Part shown: positions 8,854-18,123 of the stretch, one piece after another
Position numbering within the stretch: the first letter of the stretch is position 1
Layout of the letters: every line of letters starts with the position of its first letter
Notes under the pieces: generated by a model
What the model was told of the DNA's origin: nothing
The model's database searches: none
Seen by the model: only the letters and a program-made list of their open reading frames with translations
NCBI GenBank assembly: GCA_041649175.1
Contig: JBAZNR010000001.1
Span: 450,332-514,331, forward strand
Direction of reading: 5' to 3'
Source: Candidatus Omnitrophota bacterium
Lineage (GTDB): Bacteria > Omnitrophota > Gorgyraeia > Zapsychrales > JBAZNR01
Length of the DNA: 64,000 bases
Program-made: the position numbers and the translations under genes

Positions 8854-9001
8854 CAAGAACCTTTTTAAAATAATGGTTTTAAGTTCTTTAGCAATCTTAG
8901 AATTCTTAGAATTTCCAAATAAAGAGTAACACAAGAAAACGCTTTCGTCAAGCCTGGCGAAATGCCTTTAGGAAAGATATAACTAGTTATATTACAATAA
9001 C

Positions 9002-9259
9002 TTACGTTTGCTTACTGCGGAAATTTTTAATTATTTCATCCAGTCTAAGAACGGCTTCGGAGTAAGCAAGAGAAATCTCTTGGGGTTCAGAACCCGTCTT
9101 TTCTTGTTCTGGCAGTTTTTCAGGGGTAGGTAAAACCAACGGAACGGATTTGCTTTCTTGGATGATTTCCGGCAAGAGCAACTTATCGTCTTTCTGCTGC
9201 GCATCCGCCTGAGAAAGGATATTTTTTAGATTCTTCAATTCTTGATCGTCGCCGGCCAT
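9002..9259 (-). CDS. Hypothetical small acidic Pro/Glu-rich protein, translationally coupled to mdh
   Basis: 85 aa. Its ATG at 9257-9259 immediately follows the mdh stop codon (TAAATG). There are no recognisable domains, so it may be a spurious ORF. Confidence 0.35.
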   Translation of the reverse strand: MAGDDQELKNLKNILSQADAQQKDDKLLLPEIIQESKSVPLVLPTPEKLPEQEKTGSEPQEISLAYSEAVLRLDEIIKNFRSKQT

Positions 9260-10237
9260 TTATAACAATTCCTTAACCGCTTCTTTTTCTTCTAAAAGCT
9301 CTTTTAAAGTTAACTGAATTTTTTCTTTGGAAAAATCATTTGAGTCAAGGCCTTGAACAACGGAACAGTCATTCCCGTCCGAGCGCAAGGGAAATCCGAA
9401 CATAATACCATCGGGAATTTCATAACTTCCGTCCGAAGAAATAGCCGCCGAGAAGAATTTCCCTTGCGGTGTCGGTGTGATGATATTTTTTACCGTATCA
9501 ATAACCGCATTAGCGGCCGAGGCGGCTGAAGAAAGCCCTCGCGCCTTGATAACGGCGGCGCCGCGCTGTTGAACAGCTTGAATAAAGGTTGTTTGAAGCC
9601 ATGTTTCGTCAGCGATCACTTGTGGAACTGGTTTTCCAGAAATTGTCGCATGATAAAAATCCGGATATTGAGTGGAAGAATGATTACCCCAAATAGCGAC
9701 ATTGTCCACTTCGCTGACCGCCACATTGGCTTTTTGCGCTAATTGCGTCTTAGCGCGATTTTGATCGAGCATGGTCATGGCAAAAAAGTTTTTCGCCGGA
9801 ATATTTTTGGCGAATGTTTTAGCGATATAGGCATTGGTGTTGCAGGGATTCCCGACGACTAAAACCTTGCAGGTTTTTTTGGCATTCTCGGAAATAGCCT
9901 TGCCTTGTTCAATAAATATCTTTCCGTTGATCTTTAAAAGATCACCACGTTCCATTCCGGCTTTGCGGGGAACACTACCGACTAAAAGCGCCCAATCAAT
10001 GTCTTTAAAAGCAACTTCTAATTTTGAAGTTGTGGTGACCGATCTCAATAAAGGAAAGGCGCAATCATCCAGCTCCATTTTAACGCCTTCTAAAGCGGGA
10101 AGGGCCGCTTCAAGTTCAAGTAAGTTCAAATGGACTTGTGTATCTTTTCCGAACATTTCTCCGGCGGCAATTCTAAACAAAAGGGCGTAGCCGATCTGTC
10201 CGGCCGCACCCGTTATAGCAACTTTTATATTTTTCAT
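9260..10237 (-). CDS. mdh: Malate dehydrogenase (LDH-like, NAD-dependent)
   Basis: The sequence [30 protein letters not shown]…[11 protein letters not shown] is the MDH Rossmann signature. The ORF-track N-extension to 10309 is probably not translated, because the ATG at 10237 has SD AAGGAGAG. Confidence 0.9.
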   Translation of the reverse strand: MKNIKVAITGAAGQIGYALLFRIAAGEMFGKDTQVHLNLLELEAALPALEGVKMELDDCAFPLLRSVTTTSKLEVAFKDIDWALLVGSVPRKAGMERGDLLKINGKIFIEQGKAISENAKKTCKVLVVGNPCNTNAYIAKTFAKNIPAKNFFAMTMLDQNRAKTQLAQKANVAVSEVDNVAIWGNHSSTQYPDFYHATISGKPVPQVIADETWLQTTFIQAVQQRGAAVIKARGLSSAASAANAVIDTVKNIITPTPQGKFFSAAISSDGSYEIPDGIMFGFPLRSDGNDCSVVQGLDSNDFSKEKIQLTLKELLEEKEAVKELL

Positions 10238-10248
10238 AAAAACTCTCC

Positions 10249-10605
10249 TTATTTCTTTTTTAAAACCGCCATCTTCAATGTGATCTGCTGGCGATTTCCC
10301 CAGGGCCAAAGCATAGCGATGACCTTCGTTCCGTTAAAATCTTTTCTAAAAAGCACCTGATTATCAAAAACACCTCCAAATTCTTCCGTTAGCGAAGAAT
10401 CTTCCCTTGTAGGCGCTTTACCTTCGGGCTTTGCCACCGGGCCAAAGACATCTGTAAGGACTTTATGCCAAGCCTGCTGGTCTTTGACGTCAAAAACGAC
10501 TTCCACATAATCGTCTTCCATGGCGCGTTGTTGATCGCATTTGAGGCTTTGGAATTTCTGGAAAATTTCCTTGAGGGAAGCAACGCTTGTATTATCTTGA
10601 GGCAT
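10249..10605 (-). CDS. Hypothetical protein (118 aa)
   Basis: The ATG is preceded by a strong SD (AAGGAGAT). The gene sits between the CN-hydrolase gene and mdh. No confident family assignment can be made. Confidence 0.55.
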   Translation of the reverse strand: MPQDNTSVASLKEIFQKFQSLKCDQQRAMEDDYVEVVFDVKDQQAWHKVLTDVFGPVAKPEGKAPTREDSSLTEEFGGVFDNQVLFRKDFNGTKVIAMLWPWGNRQQITLKMAVLKKK

Positions 10606-10613
10606 AGATCTCC

Positions 10614-11408
10614 TTAAAATTTTACAGGGATTTTATCTCGTGTCTTTATTAGATCGTCTTTGGAAAGATCGGCAACGATAATTCCTTCCTTGTCGTTTGA
10701 GGCGCAGGCTAAAACCTCGCCCCAAGGAGAAATGATCATGCTTTTGCCGAATGTTTCCACACCACCATGGCCAAACCCAAACTGATCGGGCGCTAAAACA
10801 TAACAACTATTCTCGATAGCGCGAGCGCGCAAAAGAATCTCCCAATGCGCTTGTCCGGTTGTTTTCGTAAATGAAGAAGGAACGCATAAAATATCAACAC
10901 CTTTTTTTGCATACGCGCGATACATTTCCGGAAAACGCACATCATAACAAACAGATAATCCGATCTTAAAATCTTTAACATTGGCCGTTACAAGATCTTT
11001 TCCCGGCATAAAAAATCGCGATTCTTTGAGCGTTTTTCCGTCGACAACAGCATCGAAAAGATGATTTTTCCGATATCGGGCGATTGCCTTTCCTTTATCA
11101 TTGATCAGAATGGATGTGTTAAAAACTTTATGAGTTCGGGGAGATTTCTCACAAAGCGAACCTAAAAGAATAAAAACTTTATGCCGGCGGGCTAATGCCA
11201 TAAAAGGCTTTGAAGATTCTCCGGGAATATTTTCCGCGACAGAGAAATAGCCTTTCTTTAAATCCGCTTTCCCGCGATAATTGAAAACTTCCGGCAGGAG
11301 AATGAATGTAGCGCGTTTTTGGATGGCTTTACGGACTAAGAAAAGTGCGCCGGCGATATTCTTTTTCTTATCGGCGCCGGCGCACATTTGAATAACCGCA
11401 GTTCTCAC
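10614..11408 (-). CDS. Carbon-nitrogen hydrolase family amidohydrolase (nitrilase superfamily)
   Basis: 264 aa. It carries the Glu (…FILLPEVFNY…), Lys and Cys (…LSVCYDVRFPE…) catalytic-triad context typical of CN hydrolases. Confidence 0.85.
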   Translation of the reverse strand: MRTAVIQMCAGADKKKNIAGALFLVRKAIQKRATFILLPEVFNYRGKADLKKGYFSVAENIPGESSKPFMALARRHKVFILLGSLCEKSPRTHKVFNTSILINDKGKAIARYRKNHLFDAVVDGKTLKESRFFMPGKDLVTANVKDFKIGLSVCYDVRFPEMYRAYAKKGVDILCVPSSFTKTTGQAHWEILLRARAIENSCYVLAPDQFGFGHGGVETFGKSMIISPWGEVLACASNDKEGIIVADLSKDDLIKTRDKIPVKF

Positions 11409-11758
11409 GATAAAATTTCCTTTAGTCTTTCCGCCGGACGGGCGAGAATGGCTTTTTCGCCTTTTTCTACAATAGGCCGCTGAATAAGATCCGGATAGAT
11501 CATCATCAAATCTAAAATTTCGCTTTCCGAATAATTCTTCTCGTCAAATTTCAGCTCTTTATACTTGGCATCCTTACTTCGTAAAAGTTCTTTGGCGGAA
11601 ATCCCCATTTTGGATAAAAGTTCTTTGAGTTTTGCCTTTGAGATCGGCTCTATATAATAATCCACCGCGTCAAAGTCGACATTGCCGGCCTTTAGAGCCG
11701 CATAAACTTCCCGGCACGTTGTGCAGGTTGGTTTTTGATAAACAGTTATTTTTTCCAT
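11405..11758 (-). CDS. ArsC/Spx/YffB-family thioredoxin-fold protein
   Basis: 117 aa. The N-terminus is 'ITVYQKPTCTTCREV' (CxxC after a beta-strand), as in ArsC-family reductases. SD AAGGAAAC is present. Confidence 0.75.
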   Translation of the reverse strand: MEKITVYQKPTCTTCREVYAALKAGNVDFDAVDYYIEPISKAKLKELLSKMGISAKELLRSKDAKYKELKFDEKNYSESEILDLMMIYPDLIQRPIVEKGEKAILARPAERLKEILS

Positions 11759-11783
11759 GGCTGTTTCCTTAGATAAATATTTC

Positions 11784-12425
11784 TTATTTTAAAGCGTTTA
11801 AGGCATCCGCGTAACTTTTATGGCACTTTGTGTAAAATTCTTGAGCCTGGAGACCAGCTCTCCACTTCATAATATTAGAATATTTGCTAATGTCAATGGA
11901 GGCCACTTCCGACGGATCTAAAATAACCAAAAGCGAAATATCGGCCAATGTTATTTTATTTCCGGCCACATATTTATTCTTGGCTAATTGTTCGTTCACG
12001 ATCGGCAAAAATTTTTCCAAATCTTCTAAGCCTGTTTTTATTTCTTGCTCATCCACCGGGATATTGCGGCGCGGTTTAAAAATACGATTGTAAACAATTT
12101 TCATGGCCGCTGATCCGATATGAGCATTGATAAAATCGATCCATTGATCGACTTGAGCCCTTTGCTTGATATCTTTAGGATAAATATCAGAACCGGCCTT
12201 TTCCGCCAGATATTTGACAATGGCTCCGCTTTCAAAAAGAACAAAACCGTCGTCATCGATCACCGGAACTTTTCCTGCCGGATGCATTTTGAGGAATTCC
12301 GCTTTTTTATGTTCACCTTCGCGTAAATTCACCTTTTTATAATCATATTTCAATCCTAAAAGATTAGCCGCCATCCTTACCTTGTTCGACGGGCTAGACA
12401 GATCGCTTCCATAAATCGTTAGCAT
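11784..12425 (-). CDS. Glutathione S-transferase
   Basis: 213 aa. The N-terminal thioredoxin-like GST fold is present (…HPAGKVPVIDDDGFVLFESGAIVKYLAEK). SD AAGGAG is present. Confidence 0.85.
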   Translation of the reverse strand: MLTIYGSDLSSPSNKVRMAANLLGLKYDYKKVNLREGEHKKAEFLKMHPAGKVPVIDDDGFVLFESGAIVKYLAEKAGSDIYPKDIKQRAQVDQWIDFINAHIGSAAMKIVYNRIFKPRRNIPVDEQEIKTGLEDLEKFLPIVNEQLAKNKYVAGNKITLADISLLVILDPSEVASIDISKYSNIMKWRAGLQAQEFYTKCHKSYADALNALK

Positions 12426-12515
12426 AAAAACTCCTTTTTGCTATCAGCTTTCAGTCATCAGCCACCAGCTGCTGAAAACTGCGAGCTGAAGGCTGATAGC
12501 TTACTGATATATTTT

Positions 12516-13073
12516 TTATTCTTGAATATACGCCTTAATGATCTTTTGCTCTTCCACCGGCTTATCGTTAGCTCCGGTTTTGCAATTTTCTATTTTTTGG
12601 ACGACATCATAGCCTTCAACCACTTCGCCGAAAATAGTGTGGTGCATCAAAAGCCACGGGGTGGGAGCGGTAGTAATAAAAAATTGGCTGCCATTAGTTC
12701 CGGGGCCGGCATTGGCCATGGCTAAAATACCGGGCTTCTCAAAAGAAACACTTTTGCTGAACTCATCTTCAAATGTCCCGCCCCACAAAGATTCTCCGCC
12801 AGCGCCTGTTCCCGTCGGGTCTCCGCCTTGGATCATGAAATTTTTAATGACACGGTGAAAAATAATTCCGTCATAATAACCTTTATTCACAAGCCCGGTG
12901 AAATTCTCAACCGTCTTGGGCGCGATATCCGGATAAAGTTTTAAAACGATATTCCCTTGGTTCGTTTCAAAAACAACTTTTACATCTTTTTTGGCGTCTT
13001 GGGCCATGGCTGCTCCTATTGTCAAAGAGGTTAATAAAAACAGTGTCCCTAAAAACATCTTTACCATTCTCAT
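12516..13073 (-). CDS. ppiA: Peptidyl-prolyl cis-trans isomerase, cyclophilin type, secreted
   Basis: A signal peptide is followed by a cyclophilin core ([28 protein letters not shown]…[11 protein letters not shown]). SD AAGGAGAA is present. Confidence 0.9.
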   Translation of the reverse strand: MRMVKMFLGTLFLLTSLTIGAAMAQDAKKDVKVVFETNQGNIVLKLYPDIAPKTVENFTGLVNKGYYDGIIFHRVIKNFMIQGGDPTGTGAGGESLWGGTFEDEFSKSVSFEKPGILAMANAGPGTNGSQFFITTAPTPWLLMHHTIFGEVVEGYDVVQKIENCKTGANDKPVEEQKIIKAYIQE

Positions 13074-13099
13074 TGCTGTTCTCCTTTTTAACTTTTTAA

Positions 13100-13747
13100 C
13101 TAAATGATCTTTTCTTCAATTTTTCCGATGAGCTGATCAATATCTTTAACCAAATTGGCCGGTAAAAGTCCGGAATCTTCAATTTCGTGTTTTAAACTTT
13201 TTAATGCCCCGATACAACGCCGAAGAGTGGCGTTCTGTCTTTTTTCGCGCGCCTCATCCGGGTCAAGCTCTTGACGCTGTTTCATCAGCATCGTGAGGTC
13301 TTTTTTGACTTCGCGGACATCTTTGCCTTTTTCAAAAATATTTTTCTTCAAATTCGCGTAATCAGCTCCATCGAGCGTTTTTTTATTTTTGGCTAAACGC
13401 AGCACGTCAATGGCTTCGTAGCTGGGGACTTGGCCCGGCTGTGCTGACTCCATATACTCATTTTTCAAATATTGTGGTTCTTCTTTCTCTAAAAAGAAAT
13501 ACGAACGAAGTAATTTCATTGCTGTTTGTTTACGAATCCCAATCTCCTTGGACGTATAGGTGTCAAATTGTTGATAACCCCATTCCTTATACAGTTTATC
13601 TCGGTAGACACTGTACAGCGCGCGGCCTAATTCGATCCAGGAACTCTTAAAGCTTTTGGCATTTTCTAAAATATGCCGGCGCAGACTATCCGGCTCTAAA
13701 CTTTTCATCTTTTCTTCGATATTTTCTAAAGAACGTGGTTTATACAT
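13100..13747 (-). CDS. Hypothetical protein (215 aa, charged/coiled-coil-like C-terminus)
   Basis: Complete ORF with an ATG start and consistent coding periodicity. No recognisable family. Confidence 0.55.
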   Translation of the reverse strand: MYKPRSLENIEEKMKSLEPDSLRRHILENAKSFKSSWIELGRALYSVYRDKLYKEWGYQQFDTYTSKEIGIRKQTAMKLLRSYFFLEKEEPQYLKNEYMESAQPGQVPSYEAIDVLRLAKNKKTLDGADYANLKKNIFEKGKDVREVKKDLTMLMKQRQELDPDEAREKRQNATLRRCIGALKSLKHEIEDSGLLPANLVKDIDQLIGKIEEKII

Positions 13748-13758
13748 AAAAAGTCCTT

Positions 13759-15138
13759 TTATTTTTTTGCTGGTGGTTTTGGTAAGTCTTTGATGGAATC
13801 GATGGATCTTTTTAATTCATCTTCAGGCAAATGATATACCTCAAGTTTTTCCGACAAATATTTATCGTAGCCGACCAAATCCATCAGCCCATGGCCGCTA
13901 TAATTGAACAGGATCACTTTTTGTTTACCTTCAGCCTTGGCTTTCTTAGCTTCGTCGATAACACAGGCAATGGCGTGGCTTGTTTCCGGCGCGCAAATGA
14001 AACCTTCGGTCTTCGCCCATAAAAGAGCCGCTTCATAACATTTCACTTGATCAAAAGCTTTCGGCGTCATCAACCCGTCGACAATGGCCTGGCTTACTAA
14101 AGGCGCCATGCCGTGATAACGAAGCCCTCCGGCGTGAATAGGAGCCGGAATAAAGGTATGGCCCAGCGTATACATCGCTAAAAGCGGTGTTGTTCCGGCG
14201 ACATCACCAAAATCATAGGTAAAAAGCCCGCGAGTCATTTTGGGGCAAGCGGTTGGTTCTACCGGAATAATTTCGATTTTTTTACCGTTGATCTTATCTT
14301 GTGTAAACGGAAACGCAAGTCCCGCAAAATTACTTCCGCCGCCGGCGCATCCAATAACAACATCCACTTTTTTCTCACCGGCCATCACCATTTGTTTTTT
14401 GGCTTCAAGCCCGATGATGGTTTGGTGCAAAAGAACATGATTTAAAACACTGCCCAAGCAATATCGGGTTTTTCCGGACTTATCACCGACCGCCGCTTCA
14501 ATGGCTTCACTGATGGCAATGCCAAGACTGCCCGGAGTATCAGGCATTTTCTTTAAGATCTCCCGGCCAATGGCCGTTTCCGTACTTGGGCTCGCCACAC
14601 AATTGCCGTTCCAAATTTGCATCATGGTTTTACGCATCGGTTTTTGCTCAAAGCTGACGCGCACCATAAAAATTTTGCATTCCAACCCCAACAAAGAACA
14701 AGAAAACGCCAAAGCGCTGCCCCATTGCCCGGCGCCGGTTTCCGTTGTTAAGCGTTTTATTCCGAATTGTTTGTTATACCAAACTTGCGCAACCGCCGTA
14801 TTGGTTTTGTGGCTTCCCGCCGGTGAAACACTTTCGTCTTTGTAGTAAATGCGCGCGGGAGTTTTTAAATATTCTTCTAAATAGCGGGCCCGGCGCAGTG
14901 GGCTGGGGCGCCAGCGATAAAGAATTTCTAGGATTTCTTGGGGAATATCGATCCAGCGTTTGGTACTTACTTCCTGCTCAATTAAATTCATCGGAAAAAC
15001 CGCCGAAAGCATATCGGGAGTTATCGGATTTCCGTCGGGGCCAAGCGGAGGCAAAGGCTGCGAGGGCAGATCGGCCGCCAGGTTATACCATTTTTTCGGG
15101 ATGTCTTTTTCTTTGAGGTAAATTTTTAGTTCTTTCAC
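13759..15138 (-). CDS. trpB: Tryptophan synthase beta-like PLP enzyme, TrpB2 type
   Basis: 459 aa. It has a long N-terminal extension and 'SHKTNTAVAQ' (the PLP lysine motif). The 459-aa length is typical of TrpB2. It has a GTG start with SD AAAGGAG. Confidence 0.85.
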   Translation of the reverse strand: MKELKIYLKEKDIPKKWYNLAADLPSQPLPPLGPDGNPITPDMLSAVFPMNLIEQEVSTKRWIDIPQEILEILYRWRPSPLRRARYLEEYLKTPARIYYKDESVSPAGSHKTNTAVAQVWYNKQFGIKRLTTETGAGQWGSALAFSCSLLGLECKIFMVRVSFEQKPMRKTMMQIWNGNCVASPSTETAIGREILKKMPDTPGSLGIAISEAIEAAVGDKSGKTRYCLGSVLNHVLLHQTIIGLEAKKQMVMAGEKKVDVVIGCAGGGSNFAGLAFPFTQDKINGKKIEIIPVEPTACPKMTRGLFTYDFGDVAGTTPLLAMYTLGHTFIPAPIHAGGLRYHGMAPLVSQAIVDGLMTPKAFDQVKCYEAALLWAKTEGFICAPETSHAIACVIDEAKKAKAEGKQKVILFNYSGHGLMDLVGYDKYLSEKLEVYHLPEDELKRSIDSIKDLPKPPAKK

Positions 15139-15168
15139 TTTTTTAAACTCCTTTGATCTCGTGTGTAG

Positions 15169-16056
15169 TTATTTAGGAAATATTTCTTTGGGCTCCATAT
15201 GGGCAATGACTTCCGTAACGCCGGGAATAGCTTTCTGAATAGCATCTTCAATATCATGGCTTATTTTATGCGCATCCTCTAAGGTCATTTTAGAATTAAC
15301 GAGGACGTGCAGATCGATATAAATGTCGTCGGAGCGCCCGCGGGAACGGATGCGGTGGCACGACTCAACCCCTTTGACACTTAAAACGATCTTTTCAATA
15401 TCTTTAACATTAACGATCACCACAGTATCGCATAAAACTTCAGAGCTTTGTTTAATGATCTCATAAGCTGAATAAGCGATGAAACATGAGATGAGCAAAG
15501 TGACGATCGGGTCAATAATGGGATATCCCATTTTCATAACAATGATCGCCACAATAACAGAAAAAGACGTAAAGATATCTGCCTTGGTATGAATGGAATC
15601 GGAAACAAGAATGTCGCTTTTGAGGATTTTCCCGTGATTATATTCAAAGTTCATCACCACAAGATTCACAATGATAGTAACGAACATCACGATAAAAGCC
15701 CGGTCATCGAGCTGTGGAATAATAGGATGATAAAACCGTCCCACGGCATCTTTGATAAGGTTAAAGCAGACAAAAAGCAGTAAAACGCCTATCCCTAAAG
15801 AAAAAAGCGTTTCATATTTTTTGTGGCCGTAAGGATGGTCTTTATCCCGGGGCTGAGAAGCCACCGCAATACCGATCAGCCCCATAAGATTCGAAATTCC
15901 GTCGGAGAGAGAATGAAATCCGTCTGCCGTAATACTAGCCGAACGGCTCCAAAGGCCGTAAAAGATCTTGGCCAAGGCAACCGCCCAATTCAGCAGTAAA
16001 ACAACAATTAAAACAAATCGTATTTTAGCGTAGTGTTCGCTTGTTTTTTTACTCAT
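15169..16056 (-). CDS. Cation diffusion facilitator (CDF) family metal-efflux transporter
   Basis: Six-TM CDF core (…SITADGFHSLSDGISN…HPYGHKKYE…) with a C-terminal cytoplasmic domain. The ORF-track start at 16155 is GTG; the internal ATG at 16054-16056 (MSKKTSEHYAK) was chosen. The start is uncertain. Confidence 0.75.
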   Translation of the reverse strand: MSKKTSEHYAKIRFVLIVVLLLNWAVALAKIFYGLWSRSASITADGFHSLSDGISNLMGLIGIAVASQPRDKDHPYGHKKYETLFSLGIGVLLLFVCFNLIKDAVGRFYHPIIPQLDDRAFIVMFVTIIVNLVVMNFEYNHGKILKSDILVSDSIHTKADIFTSFSVIVAIIVMKMGYPIIDPIVTLLISCFIAYSAYEIIKQSSEVLCDTVVIVNVKDIEKIVLSVKGVESCHRIRSRGRSDDIYIDLHVLVNSKMTLEDAHKISHDIEDAIQKAIPGVTEVIAHMEPKEIFPK

Positions 16057-16230
16057 GGAAGATAAAAAGTTTGGCCCAAATTTTGCCTTACACAAAATTT
16101 GGGCTACCTCGGCAACCACAATTAAATCTCTTCGAGATTTAATTGGCCGACCCACGCCTTCGGCATGGGCGGGTTTTTTCTGCTGAAAAACCCGGGTGAG
16201 GGATATTATACTAAAGGGATAAAAAAAGTG

Positions 16231-18111
16231 TTAATGTTCTTTTGTCCGATGTTCATCTTCCTTAGAACCATCACCCGTGACCCATGTCCACTTCATTGGA
16301 TAGACATCGGGGTCAAACATCACAAAATATCCGTGCCAAATAAGGATCGCCAAGCAGGCCAAAACCGCTTCATAGTAATGAATAGCCGCGATCACATCGT
16401 AAAGCCATTTAGGGAAATAATGTAAAAACCAATTTTCCCAAAGCATCAATCCTCCGGTTAAAACCATGATCATCGAGCCCCACACTAAAGCCCAATATTC
16501 AAATTTCTCAACGTATCCGTAAAATCCAAATATAGGTCTTTCTTTGCGCCACCCAAAATAATAAGCGAACATTTGCCCGCATTGGATAAAATCTTTTTTG
16601 CGCAAAATAAGGGCATTAAGATGATGCCGTCCTTTTTGCGTGAATAAAACATACACGACATGATACAGCGATAAAACGCAAAAGATAAGCGCGGCCGCGC
16701 GATGCCCGAGGCTGCGCCAATCAACCCGCCCAACGAAAGGACTGGCCCACCAGGCTTGAGGATATTTTAAAGCAAATCCGGTATACGCTAAAGCGATGAA
16801 AGCCGTCAGCAAAATAAGATGCTGAATGCGCTCATTAGTTGACATGCGTTTGGGTTTTCCCAAAGAAGACATTCTTTGATAATGCGCCCGCAGCTTCTTT
16901 ATAAAATCGAGGCAATTGTGAAGAAATAGAAATCCGATCACGGCAATGATCAAAATAATATAAAACCGGCTGACAAAAAAACCGGCTTTGTTTTCCAAAC
17001 CTGATTTTCGGCTGGTATGGATCTTGCCCTTCGCTACTTGTTCGCTCACCCCCGCGTGGCATTTACCGCAGGTCTGCTCTAGATTCTTAGGATTGACGGA
17101 AGAATTGCTGTCGCTTACGGGCAATATATCGTGAAAACCATGGCACGACGCGCAGTTGGCGGTAATGACCGAACCCAGCTTGATGGCGAGCCCGTGGTAA
17201 CTTTGCATAAATGTATCGACGACATTATTGGGCAAACTATATTTTGTGGTGATGCGCTCAACCGCGTGGCATTGTCCGCAAGTTTCTGTAATATGCGCCG
17301 GAGCAACCTTTGAGGTGATCTTTTTGACTTCTTCAATAGAATGTTCTCCGTGACAATCGGTACACACGGGCGCTTCTCTTTTTCCTTCTCTAACAGCTTG
17401 CCCGTGAATACTGCGCATATACGTCATCTGAACGTTTTCGTGGCATTTTCCACAGGTGGTGGGGATATTTTTCCAAAATAATTTTGAATCTTCATTGGTG
17501 GCTTTACTTAATGCGTGGGAACCGTGGCAATCGGTGCACACGGCCGCCTGGATAAGATGGCTTCCCTCGACGGCCATTCCGTGAACGCTATGTTCATAGG
17601 AAGAAACCGGCTCCGCAATATTGAGGTTAAATTTCTTCATCTCTTCGGTCTTTTCATGGCAATGCGCGCAAGTTTTGGGAATATTTTCCCGGTAAACAGG
17701 AGAGACAAGATTGCGGGAATTAAGAAGTTCGTGCGGATTTCCATGACAGCTTTGACAAGTAGCCGCTTCGGTAACGCCATGGCCTAAAGCCTTGCCGTGA
17801 TCGCTATTTAAATAAAGCTCGGTTTCAATGCGATGGCAGCTTCCGCAACTGACGGGTTTTAGTTTTTCTTCGTGCGGGACTTCCACAATGTCCGAATGGC
17901 AACTGATACATAAATTTCCGCCGTGAATAGACGATTTGAATTTTTCCGGATCGACAAAAGGTGTGGCTTCGGGGTCGCTGTGGCAGGTAAAACAAGTTTC
18001 ATTATCAATAACTTCTTTTTCTTCGCCGAACGATTGCGCGGAAACGCTCAAAAAACAGCAAAGAATAAAGAAACAGATCTTAAAGTTTTTGGTCGTAAGA
18101 AAATTTTTCAT
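16231..18111 (-). CDS. CbcL-like inner-membrane quinol-oxidoreductase-type cytochrome: 11-haem c-type periplasmic domain fused to a dihaem cytochrome-b (HydC/FdnI-like) membrane domain
   Basis: A signal peptide is followed by 11 CXXCH motifs (CFTCH, CISCH, CGSCH, CQSCH, CAHCH, CTDCH, CGKCH, CTDCH, CGQCH, CASCH, CGKCH). A C-terminal ~230-aa segment has 4-5 TM helices with conserved His residues (…HRAAALIFCVLSLYHVVYV…IAAIHYYEAVLACLAILIWHGY…), as in Ni/Fe-hydrogenase/formate-dehydrogenase b-type cytochromes. Confidence 0.8.
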   Translation of the reverse strand: MKNFLTTKNFKICFFILCCFLSVSAQSFGEEKEVIDNETCFTCHSDPEATPFVDPEKFKSSIHGGNLCISCHSDIVEVPHEEKLKPVSCGSCHRIETELYLNSDHGKALGHGVTEAATCQSCHGNPHELLNSRNLVSPVYRENIPKTCAHCHEKTEEMKKFNLNIAEPVSSYEHSVHGMAVEGSHLIQAAVCTDCHGSHALSKATNEDSKLFWKNIPTTCGKCHENVQMTYMRSIHGQAVREGKREAPVCTDCHGEHSIEEVKKITSKVAPAHITETCGQCHAVERITTKYSLPNNVVDTFMQSYHGLAIKLGSVITANCASCHGFHDILPVSDSNSSVNPKNLEQTCGKCHAGVSEQVAKGKIHTSRKSGLENKAGFFVSRFYIILIIAVIGFLFLHNCLDFIKKLRAHYQRMSSLGKPKRMSTNERIQHLILLTAFIALAYTGFALKYPQAWWASPFVGRVDWRSLGHRAAALIFCVLSLYHVVYVLFTQKGRHHLNALILRKKDFIQCGQMFAYYFGWRKERPIFGFYGYVEKFEYWALVWGSMIMVLTGGLMLWENWFLHYFPKWLYDVIAAIHYYEAVLACLAILIWHGYFVMFDPDVYPMKWTWVTGDGSKEDEHRTKEH

Positions 18112-18123
18112 GGATCTAAAGGA

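Noticed and set aside
10238-10309. N-terminal extensions in the ORF track (mdh to 10309, hemA to 27462, resB to 26288, MtrA-like to 22624, barrel to 21828, rplT from 54006, CDF to 16155)
   Set aside because: The extensions start at TTG/GTG, overlap upstream genes, and precede internal ATGs that have good SDs and align with family N-termini or signal peptides. Shorter starts were adopted, and uncertainty is flagged where relevant.
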